Assembly: GCF_001194135.2 (NCBI RefSeq)
Contig: NC_068988.1
Location: forward strand, 78,300,017 to 78,364,016
Reading direction: 5' to 3'
From: Octopus bimaculoides
Lineage: Eukaryota
DNA: 64,000 nt
Position 1 is the stretch's first letter. Every line of letters starts with the position of its first letter. The notes under the pieces are model-generated. The model had not been told where the DNA came from and made no database searches. It saw only the letters and a program-made list of their open reading frames with translations. The translations under genes and the position numbers were made by a program. Positions 23,306 through 35,699 of the stretch are shown here, in pieces.

Positions 23306-23370
23306 ATGATTCCTTTAATTTCCAAGTGATTTTACTGAAAAATGGCACAATAAAATTTGTATATAAAAAG
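23306..23370 (+). CDS. PLXDC2: PLXDC-like exon C (65 bp, phase 1-0)
   Basis: TTTTCTCTTTACAG|AT GAT TCC ... AAA AAG|GTGATT. Encodes (D)DSFNFQVILLKNGTIKFVYKK, matching PLXDC '[20 protein letters not shown]'; contains an N-G-T sequon. Confidence 0.92.
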
Positions 23371-23948
23371 GTGATTATTCAAAGTTTGTTGTGCAGTTAA
23401 ATTTTAATCTAGAATTCATTGTCATATTTTTATGTGTTAATTAAGCCAGCAATTGAGGAAGATTTTACAATTGAAGATAACCATTGATAAGTGTGGTGTA
23501 TCTAAATATAGTCTTGCTGTAAAAATTGGTTGGTGTTAAGAACCAAATTAATGAGAGAGAGATAGACACAGAGAAAGCTGGAGATTTAAGACCCTTAGAT
23601 TGCTTCATTCAATCACTGATAAATCAATACATCTGGGGTCAAAAATGATTACAAGGCCCTATTTTGTGAATTATTTATTTCTTTATGGGTTAATCAGAGG
23701 AGGAGGTGTAGTCATAAAGGCTTCCAAATTGAATGGAGGAAATATTCCCAAGCTTGCAATTGAGTGAACTTTGCTAATGGCACATCCACTCAGAGACCAG
23801 TTGGTGATCATGTTAAACTGGGCAACAAATTAAATTCACAACTGATATAGTCATTAACTTGGATTTCAAATTTAAGCAGTCTTTGTAGCTGTATATCTAT
23901 AAAGACAATCCCTTACACTGCATTGTTCGTGATAAACTTTTATTTAAG

Positions 23949-24485
23949 ATTAGCAGAAATGCCCGGCGTTGCTCGGGGCTTAATTACTTTAAAGTACTCG
24001 ATTCTACTCAATTATCATTATTGAGGCAAGGATTGATATAAGTTTACGCCCACCCAATCGATTTGCAACTCGATAGAAAGCCCTGCAAAGAGCATTGCAA
24101 CACTCTCAGTAGTGGGTAACAATAGAATAATGTAGGTCATAGGGTCATTTTTTCAGTCAAAATAACTCCTAATTACGAAAAAAATCAATAAAACTACGTA
24201 CAAAATCATTTTCCCCTCTAAAACAATCAAATTTACTCTTTCTATTTCTATTACAAATTGTTTCAACCACAGATAGAATTCCCTTCCCTACAAACTGACA
24301 GTTTGTAGGGAATAAATGTTTGACTGTCGATCATATTTGAAAAAGATTGACAGGTATTTGTATGTATGTGTTTATGTATGTATTAGAGTGCATTGTCCAT
24401 GATCTTTTGCCACGTCATGTACCCAGTTATGTATCTATGTGTACATGTAGATGAAGGTATGTACATATATATGCATATACTCATA

Positions 24486-24523
<38 letters not shown>

Positions 24524-25717
24524 TATGCAGGGCAGGGAATCGTCAATTAGTAATAAAATTAATAATTAACAATTTTGCCGGGTAGCTCAGTATGAAAAAA
24601 CCTTTTTCGGTAAAAAACATTTATAATCATAAATATATAGGGATTGACAGTNNNNNNNNNNNNNNNNNNNNNNNNNNNNNNNNNNNNNNNNNNNNNNNNN
24701 NNNNNNNNNNNNNNNNNNNNNNNNNNNNNNNNNNNNNNNNNNNNNNNNNNNNNNNNNNNNNNNNNNNNNNNNNNNNNNNNNNNNNNNNNNNNNNNNNNNN
24801 NNNNNNNNNNNNNNNNNNNNNNNNNNNNNNNNNNNNNNNNNNNNNNNNNNNNNNNNNNNNNNNNNNNNNNNNNNNNNNNNNNNNNNNNNNNNNNNNNNNN
24901 NNNNNNNNNNNNNNNNNNNNNNNNNNNNNNNNNNNNNNNNNNNNNNNNNNNNNNNNNNNNNNNNNNNNNNNNNNNNNNNNNNNNNNNNNNNNNTATATAT
25001 ATATATATATATATATATGGTAGTAAGTAAATGTGTTTTAAAAAAGATTTTAAAAAACCTCACAGTTTGTAGGGAATAAATGCTTGACTGTCGATGTGAA
25101 AGTTACTTGTACAGAGAAATTGTCTTGGAAAGTATGCGTAAATTGTAGGGGGAAAGGGTGATAAACACCGAATAAATAAAAAAACTGACTGGTATTTGTA
25201 TGTATGTGTGTATTAATGTGCATTGTCTCTCTATATATATGGTAGTAAGTAAATGTGTTTTAGGAAAGATTTTAAAAAAATTCAGTTTGTAGAGAATAAA
25301 TGTTTGACTGTCGATCTTATTTGGAAAAGACTGACAGGTATTTGTATGTATGTGTGTATTTGTACGTATGTATGTATAAGTGTGTATTGTCTGTAAATAT
25401 ATATATATATATATGGTAGTAAGTAAATGTGTTTTAAAAAGATTGGTAAATTTTCAGATTAACACCTCCACAATTTTCACTACAGTGTTAGGGTTAGGGT
25501 TAGGTAGGAAATTGTGCGGGTGTTAATCTCAAGATTTATGAAAAGATTTTCAAAAACACTCACAGTTTGTAGGGAATAAATGTTTGTCGATTGTATTTGA
25601 AAAAGATGGCTCGCTATTTTTTTTTTTGTTTTTGTTATCATAGTGAAGGACAGAGTTAGAAATGGACAGTGAACTTACAATTCCCGCCAATTAGAATGAG
25701 GTCATTGGTAACCTTAG

Positions 25718-25751
<34 letters not shown>

Positions 25752-26243
25752 NNNNNNNNNNNNNNNNNNNNNNNNNNNNNNNNNNNNNNNNNNNNNNNNN
25801 NNNNNNNNNNNNNNNNNNNNNNNNNNNNNNNNNNNNNNNNNNNNNNNNNNNNNNNNNNNTGTGTGTGTGTATTTACGTATGATTGATAGTGTGTCTGTTT
25901 ATTTGACTCTCACTCTTTTTCCTTCGTTTCTTTGTCTTTTTTCTTTGTCTTTTTTCTTGGATTGTTCGTAAGCGTTCATAAGAGAAAGTAGCAATTGAAA
26001 CGATTTGTAATAGGAGTAGAAAGAGTAAATTAGATTGTTTTAGAGGGGAAAATGATTTTGTATATAGTTTTATGAATTTTATTCGTAATTGGAAGTTATT
26101 TTGACGGAAAAAATGACGCTGTGACCTAAGTCATGGTATTTAGAATATTAATTCCGATTCTTTCATCCAAGATATTTGGAATTGTGTAAATGTATGAATT
26201 TTAAACATATACACACACACAGAGAATCTGCCTTTTATAGATA
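23949..26243 (+). mobile_element. Non-autonomous Helitron/Helentron-like element with internal minisatellite-like units
   Basis: Starts ATTAGCAGAAATGCCCGGCGTTGCTCGGG (ACTAG-plus-hairpin type terminus) and ends ACACACAGAGAATCTGCCTTTTATAGAT. Contains repeated CAGTTTGTAGGGAATAAATG.TTGACTGTCG units (about 24297, 25063, 25284, 25563), a 134-bp inverted repeat (24133-24266 / 25995-26128) and two N gaps. It could be more than one element. Confidence 0.5.
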
Positions 26244-26305
26244 ACATACATGATACTGTTTTCCCTTATTATTTTACAAGAAATGAATTTAATTTCTACT
26301 TCCAG

Positions 26306-26399
26306 TTACCAATATCTCCTCATTTTATCAGTTCACAAAACCATCCTGTAAAAATAGGATTGTCCGATGCATATTACATTGACAAAAAGGGTAAAAGTG
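26306..26399 (+). CDS. PLXDC2: PLXDC-like exon D (94 bp, phase 0-1)
   Basis: CTACTTCCAG|TTA CCA ... AAA AGT G|GTAAGT. Encodes LPISPHFISSQNHPVKIGLSDAYYIDKKGKS; NHPVKIGLSDA matches PLXDC 'NHPVKVGLSDA'. Confidence 0.94.
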
Positions 26400-27299
26400 G
26401 TAAGTTTGTATTCATGTCAATTATCTAATATTTATTTTGCATGAGAGTCGTAATAAATGGAGTGAGTTCACTGTTTTTCATCAAATGCATCAATTAATAA
26501 ATAACTTCTGAAGAGTACTTCTGTCAGGCTTTGAGTATCAACTAACCATTCATCATATACACAGTAATAGTAGTAGTTGTAGGAGGAGGAGGAAGCTATA
26601 TTGTCACTATGTATCTGTGTGAAATATATTTCTGTAAATATTTTGAGCAGTGAGGTGGATGGAACTGCATAATATGTATAACCTAATTCTATATAAAAAT
26701 GATTTTTTACCTTTTGATCACAAACAATTTGTTTTAGAGCACTTAGTTAAATATGTACAGATCAAACAATTCAAGAGCACAATTTTGTTTAACTTTGGTC
26801 TCATAGCATTGGTTCTGTAAGACTCATGTATGCTGTGCCTGTTCAACATCCCAATAATGTGAACCTAATTACACCTCTTGCTAGTGTTCATTTGAAGGTG
26901 TTAAAGCTAATAGTGTATAAGTTTAAAATTGAAAGTGAAATACTGCAGAAAAGGCATTATAATGAGTCCTGAACTGAAAAAAGTTTAGACAAACAAGACA
27001 TTAGAGGTTACAGGTTCTCAAACATAAGCTTTACGAAACTAGAGTCTAAAATTATCCTCTCTTAAAACTGTTGGCTTGTTCATGTAGCTGAGTAAGCAGT
27101 ACCTGTGATGTTCTGTATAAATGTTTATAGATAGCATTGTTTGCTTGTTCACTACACAGCAAAATATAAATATACAGTGGAGATGTATGTGCGCTCACAC
27201 ACACACACACACATGATGAAGTATTTGAGGATGTATTGGGTAATATAATAAAACAACTCTAATCTAGCAAAAACCAAATGTATGTTTATAAAAATTTGT

Positions 27300-28330
27300 G
27301 TACATGTTCTCAGTAAGCTTTCTTATACGAATTATTTTATCAATCTGCCACTGACTGCTTCAATGCAAGACTGGAATTGGTGACATGCCTGTTCTAAATG
27401 GTCCTCATTCATTTCAAAGTCACCTGAAGAGTAGCTTCAGTGAAGCTATGGTCTTGTAGGGATGTCAATTAGTCTCCCTTTCAACAATGCTGAAAACATT
27501 TTAGTCCATGGGATTTAAATCCAATTAGTTTGGAGGACACAAGTTTCATGTTACATGATCATAAAGATTGTCTAACATCTATTCAGGGGTTACATAGACT
27601 TTGTGGGAAAGTGCTGAGCTCTGTTGAAACACATATGGCCTTCCACTGCATACTTCATCCATCCAGGATTTAACAGCTGTCTCCAGCACCTCATTGTATC
27701 CAGCAGCATTAATTCTAAGAACTTGTGGAAGGATGTGAGTTGGCATGACATGACCTTCATTATTCACCATTCCTAAAAAAAACAATCACAGTTACTAGCA
27801 ACTTAGTGTGCATCACTCTGAAAATATTTCTCCTGTTAGACTTTTGATCTTCGTCAAACTTTTATTCCTCAGAGAGGAACCAAAGCAGGCCAGGTTTGTG
27901 AAGATTTTTAACCTTGTTAAGTAACCACTTGATATAGATCAAACAGTTTGCCTGTGTCGTTGCAGATATGAAGTAGCCTCTCCTCAGTACATGTGACTTG
28001 TTTCCAATGCCCTCATGCACTGCAGTTCTAATTATCTACTGCATCACCAGAAATTCTTTATTGATTACCCTTATTGATTTTCTGGGACCATCATCAATAA
28101 TGTTTTGAGCCTTCTGGATGAATTACAGTGTCCCTATTGTGTCCAAACGTTTAGAATTTTATTTTTGTCTTTAATACAGCTGTAATGTTCTTGCTGGAAG
28201 CTTCCTATTTCATCCAAACTATGTATAGAACAAAGATCTTGCCACATTTAGAAAGTTGGCAATTTATAAACTGCCTTGTTTCACACTCATGTGGCAACGA
28301 TGGGTGCATGTCTTTTCATTTCTTGTGTTA
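27300..28330 (-). mobile_element. Degenerate DD37D (maT-like) Tc1/mariner element
   Basis: MKRHAPIVA..; RWLLNKVKN.HKPGLLWFLSEE; LGMVNNEGHVMP.HI.PQ.LRINAAGY.EVLET.VK.W.DEVC.GRPYVFQQ; EDHLEQACHQFQSCIEAV. TIRs not resolved. Confidence 0.85.
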
Positions 28331-29344
28331 GCATTTTATCTGTCATGAAGGATCTGAAAGAAATAAAAGCCTTTTAATTGGTTTGAAGAGAGTAATATAC
28401 TGATAATTAGGTTTCCTCAAGTACCCTTTGCACTCTGTATATTTGAGAGAGACTGACAAATGGACAAGATTATACAGACCTCATAAAAATTTGATTGACT
28501 TAGATGAACTGAGGCAGCACATTCTTAGTTCATCTAAATTAGTTATTTGATTATTGAGGGTATACAGTGATTCAGCAGGTAATCTCACAAGCATGCTCGT
28601 GTGTGTAAATATTCTCATTTCATATCTCTTTTCTATTTGGATGAGCCACAACAATCCAAGTTCACTCTTATCTTGAGTTATTGCTCTCACAGTTAGTTCA
28701 AGGGTCCATGTCTTGTTTGTAATTGATAACTTTGGTCAACTGGATGTCCTTCCTACCATGTCCACTTTAAAAAACATTTACCCAAAGTGTCATACAGTGG
28801 AATTGAACCTAGGACCATATGGTTTTGGAACAGACTTTTTAACCCCCATGAAATAGATAGCACTAATATAATATGAGCAGTGATTCCCTTCTCTTTATGA
28901 AGATACAAGAAATACATCTGATATCTTTTTATCTCATGAATATGTTCAAATAACTGTTTAATCATAAAACCTGTACTCTTCTCTTCTGACATTTTATGTG
29001 GATACAGACATGGGTTTTAACACTTTCCTTGCCATATTTTTAATTAAATATGTGTTTCAGTTAATTGTGGAGATAACCAGGCATTTGGAGGGGTTTAGTA
29101 AATAAACTATTTCATTTTTATAATATAACAAGGTTGTTCCATAAAATGAGAATGAATGCTTTTAGTTTAGATAAGAGGAGAAAAGTTTTGGATTAGAATT
29201 AGGAGTGAATTAATGTAGAATGCTCTTATAGAGCTACTGCTTAATATGAAGCTGGGGGGGGGGAGATTAATATTTTTTAGCATGTATTAGCAGCTAAGTA
29301 TTAGTAAAATTTAAAAACTTTTTGTTACTTTCATATTCTTTAAG

Positions 29345-29437
29345 GTATTGTCCGAATAATTTATGAATACCACAGAGTTACAATTGATAAGGCAAAAATA
29401 CAACAAAGAACCGTTGTGATACTTACTCCACTCCCAA
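29345..29437 (+). CDS. PLXDC2: PLXDC-like exon E (93 bp, phase 1-1)
   Basis: TTCTTTAAG|GT ATT GTC ... CTC CCA A|GTAAGT. Encodes (G)IVRIIYEYHRVTIDKAKIQQRTVVILTPLP, with the conserved IYEYHRV and TPLP motifs. Confidence 0.94.
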
Positions 29438-31670
29438 GTAAGTCTGTTAACTTTTACTTTATTTGTTTTGGCTTTTTGTAATTACTGTCTTATATTAGCA
29501 AACTTGACTCCTTTCCTTCACATGTGTACGTCACTTTGTGACTGTAAAGTGTATCCTGAAACCACTCTGAAGAAAATTCTCATTGTGTTGGTGTGAAACT
29601 TAGTTACCTTTGGGTTGGTGATGGAAGTTGTTTTACTAATTCTTTCCTCTGGGAATTGGTTATGCAAGAATTTGAAATCCATCCACATTGATGAGATTAC
29701 ACATCAGATTGAATTAAGTGACCATTTACAGCACTAAAGACTCTTCTAACCTGTGTTAGAAGGAAATCCTATGATAAATATAATGATGGGCTAAGTTATT
29801 GATCTAGCAATTGAGTCAAGATCCAATAGTAATCATGACCTATACCCTTAGGAGGCAGACTTAGTTTTTGCATAATTTAGTATTTCATTTCTTTTCTTTT
29901 TAATATTCAATTAATCCTGTTGATGGAAGTTTCATCACTTGGCCCAAAGTCACCTCCCATAATACTACTCTACCTGTCCAGTAGAGGGATCTTATCTTGC
30001 AAGTTACAAGGTGATATCACAGCTGCTGGTGCCACAGAAAAATCACCCAGTACAATTTGTAAAGTGGTTGGCATTAGGGAGGGCGTCCAGCCTTAAAGAC
30101 CATGCCCATTCAGACAGCTCCTGTCACACCATCCAACCCATGCCAGCATGGTAGAAAGACATTTAATGATGATAATGATTAATTCTTTACTTGACAAGTA
30201 ATGACATAATTAATTTCATTGGCAATCACACAGTATAGAACATAATGTATTAGGTATATATAACTATACTTTATTCCTCCTCTCAGGATTGTTTATTTAT
30301 TTGTTTCTTTGTTTTGTTGAAACACGTTTTGAGAGTACATGATGAAGAAAATAGACTATTGTAATTTTGAACCTTCTTATCATATGTTAACAACTGTCAT
30401 GTACTATCATGTATATAGAACCATATTTAGCCTTGTTGGGATGGTGTAACATTAAAAGCATGACATAATGCCATCAACTGAGACCTTTAGCATTAGAGAC
30501 CCATCAAACTGAGCAAAATGGCAGTTGTGACTGATACTGGTGTCACGCAAATGGCACCTATGCCAGTGGCACATAAAAGCACCCATTACACTCTCTGAGT
30601 GGTTGACATTAGGAAGGGCATCTAGCTGTAGAAAACCATGCCAAATCAGACTGGAATATGGTGCAACCTTCCAGCTTACCAGCCCTGGTCAAACCGTCCA
30701 ACCCATGCCAGCATGAACAACTGATGTTAAATGATGATATAAAATATATTGAATCATTGTAAAAAAATTGGCATAGTCATAGCTGGAATATCCTTGTCTT
30801 AGGGCTGCTGAATCGGGGTGTACCTGAGATTATCAACAACAGTAACTGTCTATTGTCAGGGTGCAGTAATGATATTTGAATTGCTGTTGTTTGGTTCCAG
30901 GATAAAGCCTCAATGAGTAGACTTTTGATCAGAGTACCCCAACATTAACTTTCCTATCTTTCTTATAGATATTTTAAGCTATATTTTCTAATGTACCTGA
31001 TCCTTACATAAGACAGCAGGGTGTGATTTGCAACTCCATTGGGACTTCCCTGTTGGGATTAATTGTTTTTCATTGATAATTTTCAGGTAGTGCCTATAGA
31101 TTTCAGTTGTCAAGGGGATCAATGTTGAGAGAGACATTGTTCACGTCCTACTTGTTTTAATGATACAAGTGGTACAGAATGATATGTCCATAGCTAGGAA
31201 TTGCAACCATGCCCTATTCTTGATGATTTCGATGGGATTGCACCTTAGTGGCCCTTATTAATATTACTGGTATTCTTGCTCTGGGAATTGTTTAGTCTGA
31301 TTAGCTACCAATTTTGCCACCTGTAGTTGGTCATTTACTCTGGAAGAAATAGCAGTCAAATCTTTCTTCAGATTGTACACTACTATCTTAAAAAGACAAA
31401 AATACATTGAATAATATAGTCCTACTTGTACGATGCTTGTAAGTAATAACTGGAATAACTTTGATTATAAGCCTGCTCAACCCTGGACTAAACAACAACT
31501 AATGTGAATATTTTTTGACAGATTGGATTAATGAAATGTATGAAGCCCATTGTTAATGATATTTTTATAAAATAATTGATATGTGTTTGTTTCTTGTTAG
31601 CCATTAATTATTATCCTAGTAATTTTTTTATTTATTGAATAATGACATTTTTGTTTTCTTCTTTGGCCAG

Positions 31671-31813
31671 CCTGTAACCTTGCTGAAGATTGCCATACAT
31701 GTTTCACTCAGAAAAGCAACTTTTCCTGTAGATGGTGTTCAACTTTGCAACGGTGTTCCAATGGTATAGACTGGCACAGACAGTCATGGATTGCAAATGA
31801 CTGTAATAGTGTT
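31671..31813 (+). CDS. PLXDC2: PLXDC-like exon F, PSI (plexin repeat) domain (143 bp, phase 1-0)
   Basis: TTCTTCTTTGGCCAG|CC TGT ... AGT GTT|GTAAGT. Encodes (T)CNLAEDCHTCFTQKSNFSCRWCSTLQRCSNGIDWHRQSWIANDCNSV, a PSI cysteine pattern with 7 Cys, including CxWC and LQRCS.G.D.HRQ.W. Confidence 0.95.
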
Positions 31814-32039
31814 GTAAGTTGAGACTGTTTTTTAGCGTGTGTGTGTCATTGAGAATTAATGTCTTCACAGAATCAAAATTCGAGACAATAGCAGGGATCT
31901 GTGAATATGTGCATCAGTATATGCATGTATGAAGGTGTATATGCAAATATTCTTGTGCTCATCAAATGGATGAATGTGTTTCTTTGGTACATGATTGTGT
32001 ACAGTTTATGTATGTGTATTTGTAATATACACGTACATA

Positions 32040-33230
32040 TGACTGTATGCATTCAATGCTTTACAAATTTTTATTGTATTACAAATCAGTTGTATTTGGA
32101 GAATGTGAAATTGCTTTGTTTTTTCTATTCTTGGTATTTCTAAGATTTTATGAAAACCTGTTATGTAACCCATTTGTACCTATGATAGCAGGTACAAATG
32201 AAAATCATACTCTGGTTATAAGAGCTGTAAGTTTCTCATCATCATGTAGATGTTCTTTTCTTCAATTTTTGATGACATATTTGTATCTGCTAAGCAGCTG
32301 ATTGCAGTAACAGTGTATCATTTTTTGATCTTTGTCCCACAGAGCAATGTCTGGTTTTAATGTTTACACTAGAGTGCAGTTTTTTTATTGGAAAAACACT
32401 AGTAATCTTTAGTTTTTAAAAGTGTGGATAAATTGTGATTCTGGTGTACCTTTGGTACTGCTACCAGGAAATTCTTCATGCAAATAGCTTTGTAGTTGGT
32501 TTTAGTGACAGTATCAAGTCTCATGGGAAGGTAGTACCTTGTAGTAACTTTTGGAGAGCCTGCTGATGATGTGGGTAATATCTTCTACACTGGAGTGACA
32601 CAATCAACATTTTAGATACCTCTAAATCTCCATGTTGTGAAATCTTAGAAGCATCCTTATCTCTAATATTGATCAGATATTTTGTAGCTTTCTCTCATTC
32701 TCCGATAGCAAAGGTGTAGCCTCCCACAGGAAATGTGATATATAGATCAAAAGTGACCAGGACTTCTGTCAATGTTGTTAGTATTTTCTAACTTAAGGTG
32801 CATGCATAACTTTCTGCTGGTATGTGTATTTCTCCAAGTTCCCATTTTTGTTGGTTAGTCCCACTACCTTTGGTTCACATGCAATACCTGTAGACTCATA
32901 TCTTGTGTGCATTTCTCTCCTTACTCTTCAGTAGTTGTTATCTAAGTGGTACCATGCAGCACTCAAAAAACATTTTGACCGATTTTTATGCCTCTGCTTT
33001 CATCCCTCCATTTAGCATAGCTAAATGTAGAAGTTACCAGTAGTTCTTTCTGGTTTTCGTGTCCAAATTGTAGATATCTTCAAGTATCCAGTCCAGCATT
33101 CTAGATATTGGTAATTGCACTGGCACTGCTAAGGTATTTTGGGATAGCAAGACACTTATCGTATGTAGATACCAATGATCACTGTTTCAACATCATCTTT
33201 TCCATTCTCTGATAGACTGGCCAGAAATCA
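32040..33230 (-). mobile_element. R4/Dong-like RLE non-LTR retrotransposon remnant, copy 2
   Basis: LAVPV..MLDWILEDIYNLDTKTRK; GYTFAIGE.EKATKYL; EDITHIIS..YLPMRLDTV; KPDIALWDKDQK; RNLQLL..FSFVPAIIG; LQIQLICNTIKICK. Heavily mutated. Confidence 0.75.
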
Positions 33231-33426
33231 TTGAGGCAGATTTTTTGCAGCTGGATGCCCTTATTGTTACCATCTGTCTGGTGTTTCCTTGTAAGGTAAT
33301 ATTTCCCTATGGCTGGACATGTTTTCATATAAGAAATGAAGGACACTCCTTATATGACAGTGATGCTTGTATGTGTGTGTGTATTTATGCACATCCATGT
33401 GTGTATGTAAATGCATGTAATATATG

Positions 33427-33468
<42 letters not shown>

Positions 33469-33559
33469 CACACACACACACACACACACAAATATATATA
33501 TATATATATGTTCTCTTCCTCTTTTTTATTTAGAACAAATTTTGACTTGAGCAAAGTTG

Positions 33560-34930
33560 TGAAGGAAAGCATCTTGTTTTAACCATCATCCTTTAAATCT
33601 TAAGAAGACCTTGCAGATTTTTATAGTCTCAAATATTGTGATTGTTTGTAGCGTATGAATTAAGGATTTGCATTCTCTCCCCAAGATCCCTGGTTCAGCT
33701 GTACTTTGCTCCAGATGGGTTGGTATGTAACCTTTTGTTCCAGTAATAATAGGTATGAAGCTGAAAGTGTGCCTTGGGTACTGGATTTGCAATGGTCCTT
33801 ATCAATGGTCCATAAATGTCCTCTTTCTCTTGTATTTTTCTAATCACATTGGTGTCCAGAGGGCAGCTAATTTCCATAAAATAACGTATCTTCTTGCGAT
33901 CACACGCAGCAATATCTGTCTGGTTGCCTTTTAACTTGGTGGCTGTTTTAATTTTTAAGTTCCATCAGTGTTCTTTTAACCCATCAGTCTCAATATGGTC
34001 GACTTCATCTGTTGGGGTTTTCCTTTTTTTTTTTTTTTTTTTTTTGTTATACTGTTCTGACCACTGCATCATGCCTCATGGAAAGATAATATCTGGAAGA
34101 CATTCTCTTGCAGTTGGTTATAATGTGGTTGATTCTTCAGTCTTGCACAGCTTATATTTGTTGTCTGTCAACCTTTTCAGCTTCTATGCTGTAGGTACTT
34201 GATGAGGATCTTGTTCTTGAATTGCATAGAGGTAGCCTTTGAAGTGGAATGTTATAAATTTGTTGGTACTCCTTGTGAAGCTTTTGACATGGTGAATCCC
34301 TTCTATGGTTTGTGTTTTACATCCCAAGTACCTGTGTACTATCTTCTTATTGAGCTGGTTCATTTTTTTTTACTGTTTTTCTGATGAATAGATTTTATTA
34401 ATGTTCTTTGGAGAGGGGTCTGCATCAGCTCCTGTTTCATACCTCTCCTCAAGTTCATTAACTAATCTAATTATGTTTCAGCTATTCTAATTTTTGTTGT
34501 TGATTTCATGGTCACAAACATGGATAAGATAGTTACTGGTCTCTTTTTTTCTACTGCAAATATTATTTCAATTTTATAATGTGCTTTATATGACATCAAT
34601 ACAGATTTGAGACCATTGCCACCATCTTTGCTTGGGAAGTATAGCTTGTTTACATTTCCATTGTTGTTGAAGTTTCCTGTAACACTAGGCAGCTTGCAAG
34701 TTTGAACATCAATCTTGTTCAGTTTTTTTGTCGTGACCAGTTCCAAAGGCTAAAGAGATATGAGGACAGGCACTGCAAAGCTGTTGTGGGCCATATGCTT
34801 GTTGTAAGCTGAGAATTCTGATGACTGTATTCTCTTTACTACTCTGATGTATTCATTTCTGGTCCTCTCCTTCTTTATGGGTCCATCTTCTCATCTTGTC
34901 CAAAATACCTACAATTGTCACCTGAAGATA
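33560..34930 (-). mobile_element. R4/Dong-like RLE non-LTR retrotransposon remnant, copy 1
   Basis: YFGQDE; SSEFSAYNKHMAHNSFAVPV; LYFPSKDGGNGLKS; HFKGYLYAIQEQ; RMSSRYYLSMRHDAV; MEISCPLDTNV..KEDIYGPLIR; FSFIPIITG..LQ..TIKICKVF. An A-run has expanded inside the ORF at about 34025-34048. Confidence 0.8.
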
Positions 34931-34979
34931 GAGGTTGTATTGTTAATCCATTCATTTATAAATGAGTAACAAAGATGTA

Positions 34980-35364
34980 CAGGTGTTAATTCATTACGAC
35001 GATTTAAACCGACTTCTTTAACTGATTAATGAAAACATTCTATTTGAAAGAAACCGTTCTCATCAGATGACTGCATTAACTTCAAACATATAGGATACAA
35101 CCATTTCCTTAACATATTCGCATCAATAATGGAACTCAAAATATTTACATTGTTTCCTCTGTCATATCTGTGGAAGAATGGGACCCATTCTGCTACAGAT
35201 AAGGCAAGAAAAACAATGTAAATATTTTGAGTTCCTTTATTGATGTGAATATGTTAAGGAAATGGTTGTATCCTATATGTTTGAAGTCTATGCAGTCATC
35301 TGACGAGAACAGTTCCTTTCAAATGGCATAAGGTTTTCATTAATCAATTAAAGAAGTGCCACCT
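34980..35364. mobile_element. About 350-bp near-perfect palindrome (foldback MITE, Tc1/mariner-like ends)
   Basis: Arms 35012-35182 and 35184-35357 are centred on AGAATGGG-A-CCCATTCT. Outer TA|CAGGTG (34978-34985) pairs with CACCTG (about 35359-35364); the right arm is internally shortened. Confidence 0.75.
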
Positions 35365-35699
35365 GAGCATGACTAATGCCAGTTCCACCTGACTGGCTCC
35401 CGTGTCAGTGGCATGTAAAAAGCATCCACTACACTCTCGAAGTGGTTGGTGTTAGGATGGGCATCCAGCTGTAGAAACCTTACCAAATCGGATTGGTGTC
35501 TGGTGCAGCCTCCTGGCTTACCAGTCCTCAGTCAAACCATCCAACCCATGCCAGCATGGAAAGTGGACATTAAATGATGATGATAATGATATATGTATGT
35601 GTGTGTGTGTGTGTGTATATGTATATGTGTGTATGTATGTTTGTGCATGTATGTGTGTGTGTGTGTATGTGCATATATATTTGTATATGCATGTATATA

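Noticed and set aside
35285-35332. Hammerhead-like pieces in the 35-kb palindrome (TATGC-A-GTC-AT-CTGACGA-GAA..TTC-AAA-TG-GCATA, mirrored in the other arm)
   Set aside because: G12 is missing in both arms, stem II is at most 3 bp and there is no stem I (only AT). Not supportable as a ribozyme without a family consensus.
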